This document shows positions 57,132 to 64,000 of a stretch of 64,000 bases of DNA, piece by piece. The DNA comes from Bacilli bacterium (lineage in GTDB: Bacteria > Bacillota_I > Bacilli_A > RFN20 > CAG-826), in contig JAZLKX010000057.1 in assembly GCA_045597865.1 (NCBI GenBank), positions 22,321 through 86,320 of the forward strand, written 5' to 3'. A model generated the notes under the pieces. It was given only the letters and a program-made list of their open reading frames with translations. It was not told the origin of the DNA and searched no databases. Every line of letters starts with the position of its first letter. The stretch's first letter is position 1. Both the position numbers and the translations under genes were made by a program.

Positions 57132-58806
57132 TCGTAATTGTTCTATATACTAAGGAACCATTCTTTCCTTTAAAAAACTCTGGTTTAACACTAAGCCATT
57201 TTGGAATATCGATTCTGATTTTTTCTAGCTCTTCTTTATTTAAATTCTTATCAGACTTAATGACCAATAATGAGTTATCCTTTAGCCTAAAAACCTTCTT
57301 TATTATTTTAGAAATCAGTCTTTGTGTTAAAGACGAATCATCCTTTAGATATTCATCAAAATCCCTATGAAAAACCTTATTATTTGTAGCAAATGAACAG
57401 TCAAATTCTAATTCTGACAATGTTTTTTTATGCTGATTTATATCATTTCGAATTCTTTCATATTCTTTTTTATAGTGATCAATTGGAAGATCTTTTTTTA
57501 CTTGGTCCTGAATCAATGTTGCTAATTGATTTTCTAGGCTAGCTATATTTTCTTTAATAATTTTTGTTTGCGCATAGTAAGTAGACACTTTTTTATTCTC
57601 AATAATTGCGTTTGATAATATATCGTTTTCTATTTTTGAAATATCGGCTTTTACCAAAGAAGAAATAAATTCATATGCTAAATTAAAATCAATTGTTTCT
57701 TGCGCTTCACATCTTTTATATGTTTTTTTATTTTTAAGTTGATATTTGCAGGTTAAAACATATTTATCGTAATTTCCACGTTTGTAATGAAATTTTTGTA
57801 GGTTTCGACCACATTCAGCGCATTGAAATAAACCAGATAATGGGGAATTTGCTTTGTTATCCATCGCTGCATTATAACTTTGTTTTCTATTCCTCCTTAC
57901 TTCTTGGGTGTACATAAACATGTCTTTTGGAATAATGGCCTCATGATGATTAGCAACTAGAAATTGTTCTACTTGCCCCTCATTAGGAGCTCTTTCGTGA
58001 GTTAGATAGTTTTTACAATAAGTTTTTTGATAAACAAAATCTCCACAGTATTTCTCGTTTGATAGAATCCTCTCAATCATTGAAGGACACCAATTCAAAT
58101 CCCCCTTTACTGTCTTCAACTCTTTTTTGATTAAATGATTAATTATTTCTTTGTATGTAAAACCATTAAGAAACATCTCAAAAATAAGCTTAATTGTCGG
58201 TGCTTCTTCTGGATTTATTATTAGTTCATTATTTCCTTTATTGAAATAGCCTAAGATTTTTTTACCATAAATGTATTTTCCGCTTCGCATTCTTGCTCTT
58301 ACGCCCCATGTGACATTTGTTGAAATTTGTCTGCTTTCTTCTTGCGCAAAAGAAGCGTAAATCGTAAGCATTGTTTCAGCACCTGAGTCGAGTGAAGAGA
58401 TATTTTCTTTTTCAAAGAATATTTCTACCCCTTTAGCTTCTAATTCTCTTTTTGTTCTTAAACAATCGACTGTGTTTCTAGCAAATCTCGAAATTGATTT
58501 AACAAGAATAAGGTCAATTTTGCCACTCAAAGCATCTTTGACCATTTGTTTAAAGCCATCACGTTTTTTCAAACTAGTTCCAGTGATTCCTTCATCTGAA
58601 TACAAGCCAACAAACTCCCATTGAGAATTATTAGAGATTTTTTCTTCATAAGCTTTTTTCTGATTATCAAAAGAGTTTAATTGATCTTCAAAATCCGTTG
58701 ATACACGAGCATAGGCACACACTTTTTTCTTTCTTTGCATTCCAGTATTTACATCAACAATGACTTGCTGCATTTTAGGAATGACTATCACTCTAGATTC
58801 ATTCAT
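57121..58806 (-). CDS. Large serine recombinase 1
   Basis: VCAYARVSTD, KSISRFARNTVD, AQEESRQIS, LSNEKYCGD, LSGLFQCAECG. Confidence 0.95.
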   Translation of the reverse strand: MNESRVIVIPKMQQVIVDVNTGMQRKKKVCAYARVSTDFEDQLNSFDNQKKAYEEKISNNSQWEFVGLYSDEGITGTSLKKRDGFKQMVKDALSGKIDLILVKSISRFARNTVDCLRTKRELEAKGVEIFFEKENISSLDSGAETMLTIYASFAQEESRQISTNVTWGVRARMRSGKYIYGKKILGYFNKGNNELIINPEEAPTIKLIFEMFLNGFTYKEIINHLIKKELKTVKGDLNWCPSMIERILSNEKYCGDFVYQKTYCKNYLTHERAPNEGQVEQFLVANHHEAIIPKDMFMYTQEVRRNRKQSYNAAMDNKANSPLSGLFQCAECGRNLQKFHYKRGNYDKYVLTCKYQLKNKKTYKRCEAQETIDFNLAYEFISSLVKADISKIENDILSNAIIENKKVSTYYAQTKIIKENIASLENQLATLIQDQVKKDLPIDHYKKEYERIRNDINQHKKTLSELEFDCSFATNNKVFHRDFDEYLKDDSSLTQRLISKIIKKVFRLKDNSLLVIKSDKNLNKEELEKIRIDIPKWLSVKPEFFKGKNGSLVYRTITIGE

Positions 58807-58839
58807 ATATCCGTTTTTCCTTTCAATATATAAATCACT

Positions 58840-59079
58840 CTAAAGAGTGATTTTATCAAGTTGATTAGACTCTTTTGAAATGAAAAAAGGAAGGCCTAAA
58901 TCCCTTCTTACTATTGATAGTATTTTAATTCCTTCATCCGTGGTTAAAAAGCCGGAACTAATTAGAGAATTTACAACAGTTTTATACTTTAAAAATTCAT
59001 CTTCTTTTTCTTTGTTATATGGAAGTATTCCCTTATCTCTCAAAGGGTTTAAATTATCGATCAGTATTTTTGTTTCCAT
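58840..59079 (-). CDS. Small SHOCT-like protein upstream of tandem recombinases
   Basis: YKTVVNSLISSGFLTTDEGIKI helix pair; GGAAGG upstream on the minus strand. Confidence 0.55.
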   Translation of the reverse strand: METKILIDNLNPLRDKGILPYNKEKEDEFLKYKTVVNSLISSGFLTTDEGIKILSIVRRDLGLPFFISKESNQLDKITL

Positions 59080-59344
59080 TAGGATGCCTTCCTATCTAGA
59101 AACGAATTGAAAACGTAATTATTTAAACAAAAATTTCGTTGCAAGTATATTTAGACGGGGCGACAATTTTACTTTTCTGCGTTTAATTCAGATTTGGATA
59201 TTTTGATTTTCACTTTGTGAATTGTTTTTAATAACAAATTTTAAAATCATTTTGTCACCCGCTCTAAATTATTTTTTACTAACAGTTCTTAATACAATTC
59301 CCTTATTCAAATCCGGATGAAAACCGCGATGGAAAGGGGGAAAC

Positions 59345-59629
59345 ATGGCTACAAAAAGTTTAAAAAAGCGCGTTCCTTTAATTCGAATGTATTTAGTCGA
59401 ATATAGGAATAAGTTCAATTATTCTCAATTGGATGTTGCTAACAAAATTAACATGGTTCATAGCCTTTATAACCAAATTGAAAATGGTAAACAAGGTCAT
59501 TTAATGAACGCCGAAAAGTTAATGGCATTAGCTAATGCTTTCAATGTGGATGTGAAAGAAATATGTGAAGCAGAAGTAGCATATTTGAAAAAATATCGCA
59601 TTTTAAATGGCGAAAGAAATAAGGAGTAG
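59345..59629 (+). CDS. XRE-family HTH regulator
   Basis: LVEYRNKFNYSQLDVANKINMVHSLYNQIENG. Confidence 0.88.
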   Translation: MATKSLKKRVPLIRMYLVEYRNKFNYSQLDVANKINMVHSLYNQIENGKQGHLMNAEKLMALANAFNVDVKEICEAEVAYLKKYRILNGERNKE

Positions 59630-59634
59630 ATCAT

Positions 59635-60582
59635 ATGCTTAACAGAAGACAACAAATGATTAATGAAGCAATGCCTCACAGAAAAATTTTTGAGGAATTT
59701 TGTGCATCAATGCCATATAAAAGTATAGCAACAAAAAAGACTTATTTTGGCGTTCTAGAAAGATATATTAAATATCTAGAAGAAAAACGAATTGAAAAAC
59801 CTACTGAAGCCACAATAATTACTTACAAAGTTTACTTAAAAGATGACAGGAAATGTCACAGTGCCTCGCTTCAATTAAACAACATTGTTTTGCGAAAGTT
59901 CTATAAATGGACTGATAGAATGGAATACTATCCAAATTTAGCTATAGATCTGCAAGCAGAAACGATCGAACCAACATTTAAAAGACATGATCTTACAGTT
60001 GATGAAGCTAACAAGCTTCTTGATTATGTTGCTGAACAAAGTAAAAAAGGAATCATTGGCCTTAGAGATTATACAATCATTTATTTGATTTTGAATATAG
60101 GTTTAAGAACCATAGAAGTTAGTAGATCTGATATTCAGGACATTAAAAATATTGGTGGTTGTAATTATCTGTATGTTCAAGGAAAAGGGCATACGGATAA
60201 AGATACTCCAATTAAATTAGTTAATGGAGTCTATGATGCTATTCAAGATTATTTGAAAGCAAGGAAAGCTCCAGATAATGGGCCGATATTTATTAATCAC
60301 GGCAATCATAAACCTAAAGAAAGAATTCAACCAAAAGTCATATCTTTGATGGTTAAAAATTATCTTGTTGCGAATGGATTCAATGATAATGCATTAACTG
60401 CACACTCTTTAAGACATACCTGTGCAACTATAGCGCTTGCTAATGGAGCATCATTAGAAGAGGTACAGCACTTGCTAAGACATAAGTCTATAAACACAAC
60501 AATGATTTATGTTCATACAGTTAATGAACGAAACAACCGTAGTCCAGATTTTGTGTATGCAAAATTACATAAAAAATCATGA
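59635..60582 (+). CDS. Tyrosine recombinase (XerC-like size)
   Basis: Catalytic residues intact: GLRTIE (R), QGKG (K), AHSLRHT (HxxR), LRH, TTMIY (Y). Confidence 0.93.
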   Translation: MLNRRQQMINEAMPHRKIFEEFCASMPYKSIATKKTYFGVLERYIKYLEEKRIEKPTEATIITYKVYLKDDRKCHSASLQLNNIVLRKFYKWTDRMEYYPNLAIDLQAETIEPTFKRHDLTVDEANKLLDYVAEQSKKGIIGLRDYTIIYLILNIGLRTIEVSRSDIQDIKNIGGCNYLYVQGKGHTDKDTPIKLVNGVYDAIQDYLKARKAPDNGPIFINHGNHKPKERIQPKVISLMVKNYLVANGFNDNALTAHSLRHTCATIALANGASLEEVQHLLRHKSINTTMIYVHTVNERNNRSPDFVYAKLHKKS

Positions 60583-60601
60583 AAATTTGAAAGGAAATAA
60601 A

Positions 60602-61408
60602 ATGAAAAACGATAAAAATAATGAGGTTTCTAAGGGAAAATCTCTTGAAAAAGAAGACCTCGGATTAAAAGTTGAAATAACAACATTTACATCATCATTT
60701 ACTACACTAAGAACAACACGTGATCAATATGGAAGACCTGTATTTTGTTTACGTGATGCTTGTGCGGCTTTAGAACTTAAAAATCCATCTGATGTAAAGA
60801 AAAGATTAAAAGCTGATGGTATTGTTCGAATTAATACCGTTGCTAGTAACCATTACAATAACTTTTTGTATATCACAGAAAGCAATTTATATAGGTTAGC
60901 TTTTCAATCAAGAAAAGAAATTGCTGAGCGTTTTACTGATTGGGTGACAGAAGTGGTTCTCCCATCTATTAGAAAATTCGGCCGTTATGAAATTCAACAA
61001 ATAACGTCTTCTTCTGAATATGCATCTGCTTTTTTAGATAATTACGAAGAATTAGAAGTTAAAAATAAGATTCTTGAACACACAAATGAAGAAACAAAAG
61101 CTGCTAGAGAATATGTTCGCAGAGCACTTAATAGTGGTGTTTTAAATGCGCTAGAGGATGTTTCAGCAATCTTAAGAATAAAAGGTATAAATACGCAGAA
61201 ACTCTTAAGCATGCTTAGATCTAGCGAAGTTCTTAATGAATCAAATTTGCCTAATCAAGAGTTCATTGATAAAGGCTGGTTTAGAATTGATAGCCATTCC
61301 TATATGGATAAAAAGGCTGGTTTGATTACGAAACAAACTTGTTTTGTATACAAAACTGGTATCAATGGTATCAAAAACATTTTAAATAAATGGGCCGGGA
61401 AGAAATAA
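60602..61408 (+). CDS. Phage antirepressor (BRO-N plus KilAC-like C-terminus)
   Basis: PVFCLRDAC, ITESNLYRL, SRKEIAERFTDWVTEVVLPSIRKFGRY; C-terminal LPNQEFIDKGWF; start after AAAGGA. Confidence 0.88.
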   Translation: MKNDKNNEVSKGKSLEKEDLGLKVEITTFTSSFTTLRTTRDQYGRPVFCLRDACAALELKNPSDVKKRLKADGIVRINTVASNHYNNFLYITESNLYRLAFQSRKEIAERFTDWVTEVVLPSIRKFGRYEIQQITSSSEYASAFLDNYEELEVKNKILEHTNEETKAAREYVRRALNSGVLNALEDVSAILRIKGINTQKLLSMLRSSEVLNESNLPNQEFIDKGWFRIDSHSYMDKKAGLITKQTCFVYKTGINGIKNILNKWAGKK

Positions 61409-61469
61409 AAACTTCCCTCCCATTTCAATAGGAAATAATTCAGGTTATTTCGCATAGAAAGGAAAAATT

Positions 61470-62006
61470 ATGAAAAATAATACAAAAGAAAAATTTATCT
61501 CTCTTTTAGAGAGTGTTAAAAATGATGAGACAAATTATAGGAAGATTTTTCTCACAAAAAATGAATGGAGACAAAAACTTTTTGAAAAGATTTTTAAAAT
61601 AAAAGAAATCCTAGAATTTGATACTGATCATGAATTTGTTAAGGAAGATTACATTACAAATGAACTTAATTTGTTAAAACACGACATAGCAGATTTAATT
61701 GATAACGCATTAGATAAGATTGGGCCATACAATCAAGATAATGTTCAGTATTTTGTTGAAAAAGTGAATGAATTAGAACAATTATGTGATAAGTTGGACC
61801 TTAACGAAAATATTATTACGTTAGATCAAATACTTGATGTAATTGATGAATTTAAACAATTACTAGTTAAATTTATAGACTGCTTTGTTGAATTTGTGCC
61901 TCTTGAGATTAAAACAAAAATAGACCTATCAACTTATATTGTAAAAGGCTGTTTTACTTCTTTAATGTCTATCGTAGAAAAATCATTCAATTCTAGAGGA
62001 AAATAG
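61470..62006 (+). CDS. Hypothetical alpha-helical protein
   Basis: 178-aa ORF with AAAGGA RBS; no recognised motif. Confidence 0.65.
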   Translation: MKNNTKEKFISLLESVKNDETNYRKIFLTKNEWRQKLFEKIFKIKEILEFDTDHEFVKEDYITNELNLLKHDIADLIDNALDKIGPYNQDNVQYFVEKVNELEQLCDKLDLNENIITLDQILDVIDEFKQLLVKFIDCFVEFVPLEIKTKIDLSTYIVKGCFTSLMSIVEKSFNSRGK

Positions 62007-62007
62007 T

Positions 62008-62460
62008 ATGCCATTCCAACTTAAGAAGGGACTTAACTATTTTTATTTCGACGTTAGATTTTTAGAAGATCCTAGAGTTAGAAGTCTTCTTTTGCATTAT
62101 AAAGATAGAGCTATAGGCATTTATGTTACTTTCTTATGCATTGTTTACAGAGATGGTTATTTTATAAAAACTGATTTGGATACATTGATAGATGATATTT
62201 CTTTTGAACTCGGAACGAACAGTAGTGAAGATAATGAATTAATAAGAAATGTTATTGAAACAATGGTTCAAAAAGGATTGATTGATAAGAGCCTATATGA
62301 GGATGAGGGAGTATTTACTTCAAAAGCCATTCAAAGACATTTTTATTCCTGCACACTGAGGAGAAAAAAACAGCCTCATCCTTATTGGCTTTTAACTGCT
62401 GAAGAGGAAGACGATATTACAAGATATTCCAAAGGAAAGGATGAAAAATCTAATGGTTAA
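62008..62460 (+). CDS. DUF4373 (Lin1244/Lin1753-like) replication initiator N-terminal domain
   Basis: KKGLNYFYFDVRFLEDPRVRSL, YRDGYF, GVFTSKAIQRHF. Confidence 0.8.
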   Translation: MPFQLKKGLNYFYFDVRFLEDPRVRSLLLHYKDRAIGIYVTFLCIVYRDGYFIKTDLDTLIDDISFELGTNSSEDNELIRNVIETMVQKGLIDKSLYEDEGVFTSKAIQRHFYSCTLRRKKQPHPYWLLTAEEEDDITRYSKGKDEKSNG

Positions 62461-62935
62461 TGATTCTTTTTCATGCAGTAACCATAGTGTAGACTATATG
62501 CAACCAACAAGTAACCATGATGTAACCATGCCTTTAATTAAAAAAGTAAAAGTTAAAGAGAAAGTAAAAGTTAAAGCTAAAGTACATAAAAATGATAAAT
62601 ATGATATAAGTTGCTGCCCGTATCAATTGCATTATTTTACAAAATGTTTGATTAACGATCATATTATCGATGTTTACGATACAAATATTTACAACTTTAA
62701 CGTTTTCTTTGAAGAGATTGATTCTGCAAATATAGATCCAAATCTTTTAAACAAATGCTTTAAATACACTAGAGATTATTGCAAAAGAAATAAGGATTCC
62801 ATAGGTGAAATGTATACGTTTTTTAAATTTTCACTAATTAAAAATCTAGAGAAAATGGAGGATTATGATGAAAGAATGCAAAAATGGTCAGAAGACTGCA
62901 AAGAAATCATTAAAAAGTTTTATGGCAACTATTAG
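62441..62935 (+). CDS. Hypothetical protein, probable C-terminal half of the replication initiator
   Basis: KKVKVKEKVKVKAKV linker typical of phage replisome organisers; AAAGGAAAGG immediately upstream. Confidence 0.6.
   Translation: MKNLMVNDSFSCSNHSVDYMQPTSNHDVTMPLIKKVKVKEKVKVKAKVHKNDKYDISCCPYQLHYFTKCLINDHIIDVYDTNIYNFNVFFEEIDSANIDPNLLNKCFKYTRDYCKRNKDSIGEMYTFFKFSLIKNLEKMEDYDERMQKWSEDCKEIIKKFYGNY
62478..62532 (+). repeat. Five 11-bp phased iteron-like repeats
   Basis: GTAACCATAGT / GTAGACTATAT / GCAACCAACAA / GTAACCATGAT / GTAACCATGCC at 62478, 62489, 62500, 62511, 62522. Confidence 0.65.
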
Positions 62936-63302
62936 AAACCATGCTAAAAGATATCGAAAATTATATGAAAGATTATATTTTTGGAAACATCAAATGGATT
63001 TGATTCCTGGCCCGATCTATGGTGGGATTGTAGCAAGTCCACCTAATGTCAACGGGAATAGACTTCCTAAAATAATAGACAAAATTGATGAATGTAAAAA
63101 AGGGTTAGCTGAAATAGCTGAAGAAAAAAGAAAATACCACGAGTTTATTTTGTCATTAACGGATAAAGAAGCTATGGTTTTACTTTTTTATTATTGGGAT
63201 GAATTGCCTATAAATAGAATTGCAGAAATGTTAGATGTAACGAATACGAGGATTCAAGAATATTTGAGGAAGTTGGAAAGCAAATGGGGCTTTTATGCAT
63301 AA
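62922..63302 (+). CDS. Sigma-70 region 4 / RinA-ArpU-like HTH protein
   Basis: LTDKEAMVLLFYYWDELPINRIAEMLDVTNTRIQ. Confidence 0.7.
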   Translation: MATIRNHAKRYRKLYERLYFWKHQMDLIPGPIYGGIVASPPNVNGNRLPKIIDKIDECKKGLAEIAEEKRKYHEFILSLTDKEAMVLLFYYWDELPINRIAEMLDVTNTRIQEYLRKLESKWGFYA

Positions 63303-63333
63303 TTGATATATCTTTTTGTAGGCAAAATGGTCT

Positions 63334-63367
63334 AGCATAATATAACCAAAAGTGTTATAATTATGCT
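63334..63367 (+). promoter_or_regulatory. Inverted repeat overlapping an extended -10 upstream of XRE-RM operon
   Basis: AGCATAA-TATAAC...GTTATAATTATGCT (one-base gap); TGTTATAAT at 63353-63361. Confidence 0.6.
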
Positions 63368-63389
63368 CGAAAATTTTAAGAAAAACGAA

Positions 63390-63578
63390 ATGAACTACTC
63401 AGAAAAAATTAAAGAATACCGTGATAAGGTTCTTATAACTCAAACTGAGCTCGCCAATCAACTTGGCGTTTCTTTTGCTTCTGTAAATAGATGGGAAAAA
63501 GGTAAATTCGAACCAACTATGAAAGTTAAAAGAAAGTTAAGAGTTCTTTTTATAAAAGCAGGTATAAGTGAGGAATAG
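63390..63578 (+). CDS. XRE-family HTH regulator
   Basis: IKEYRDKVLITQTELANQLGVSFASVNRWEKGKFEP. Confidence 0.9.
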   Translation: MNYSEKIKEYRDKVLITQTELANQLGVSFASVNRWEKGKFEPTMKVKRKLRVLFIKAGISEE

Positions 63579-63580
63579 TT

Positions 63581-64000
63581 ATGGCCAAAATTAAAGTTAA
63601 TTTGTTTAAAAGCTTATTAAAAGCTTTAGGGTTCACCGAAAAGAAGAAAGATTTTTATAAAGGTTATTTTGGACCTAAAAAATATTTAATTACTGTCGAT
63701 TTTGCTACAGAAAAAATTGACTATGGTTCAGACATTAAGGTTAACAGCCATGAACTTTGTAATTTTGAGGAAAACGAAAACCTCGTTGTACTTGAATGTA
63801 CTTGTCGTTTAATTAATCAAGGCTATTCTCCTAAAAGTATCGAATTAGAACCTAGATGGAAAGTTGGACACGGAGCTTCTGGTGGCAAGGCTGACATTTT
63901 AGTTAAAGATAAATCTGGTTTGTCTTACCTTTTGCTTGAATGTAAAACATTTGGCTCTGAATTTGAAAGTCATTGGAAAAAAACTCTAAATGATGGTGAT
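63581..64000 (+). CDS. N-terminus of a restriction-modification protein (HsdR_N-like nuclease domain, probably Type IIG); truncated by window end
   Basis: Frame open to the end: ENLVVLECTCRLINQGYSPKSIELEPRWKVGHGASGGKADILV...LLLECKT, a PD-(D/E)xK-type motif; GAGG RBS. Confidence 0.75.
   Translation, partial: MAKIKVNLFKSLLKALGFTEKKKDFYKGYFGPKKYLITVDFATEKIDYGSDIKVNSHELCNFEENENLVVLECTCRLINQGYSPKSIELEPRWKVGHGASGGKADILVKDKSGLSYLLLECKTFGSEFESHWKKTLNDGD

Larger units (their letters stand above)
55244..64000. mobile_element. Integrated element at tRNA-His 3' end (right end outside the window)
   Basis: Switch from housekeeping genes to recombinases, antirepressor, replication initiator, XRE and RM genes right after tRNA-His; imperfect inverted repeat spans the junction. 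Confidence 0.8.

Noticed and set aside
59305-59340. Hammerhead ribozyme or c-di-GMP riboswitch
   Set aside because: GATGA and GAAA are present, but the CTGATGA core, the three stems and the GEMM motifs are not
1-64000. TGA=Trp recoding as in Mycoplasma
   Set aside because: TGA ends the ATPase (37978-37980) 1 nt before the next ATG and ends the tyrosine recombinase; long genes are uninterrupted in code 11; the tRNA-Trp seen is CCA

Overview
Chromosomal segment of a low-GC, Bacilli-like bacterium. PolC-type replicase, cdaA-glmM and standard code 11 (TGA used as stop) are seen directly; placement near uncultured Mollicutes-related gut/rumen Bacilli is inference. Bases 1-55250 are mostly core genome: rpsB end-tsf-pyrH-frr-uppS-cdsA-dxr-rseP-polC, cdaA-glmM, deoD, gltX, gmk-like, acpP, Trk potassium uptake, several transporters and 15 dispersed tRNA genes. 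Accessory loci within this part: (i) a class III aminotransferase / class II aldolase / FGGY kinase / GtrA operon behind a cre-like site; (ii) a minimal Tad/Flp-like pilus operon with non-canonical pilins, led by three genes resembling the Mycoplasma MG284-MG285-MG286 orphans and followed by acpP; (iii) a stand-alone TrpB fused to an N-terminal HTH domain, with an inverted repeat over its own start. From the 3' end of tRNA-His (~55244) past the window end lies an integrated element with two large serine recombinases, a tyrosine recombinase, a BRO antirepressor, a split DUF4373 replication initiator with 11-bp iteron-like repeats, and an XRE regulator before a truncated restriction-modification gene. 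All calls come from motif recognition by eye; no searches were run.
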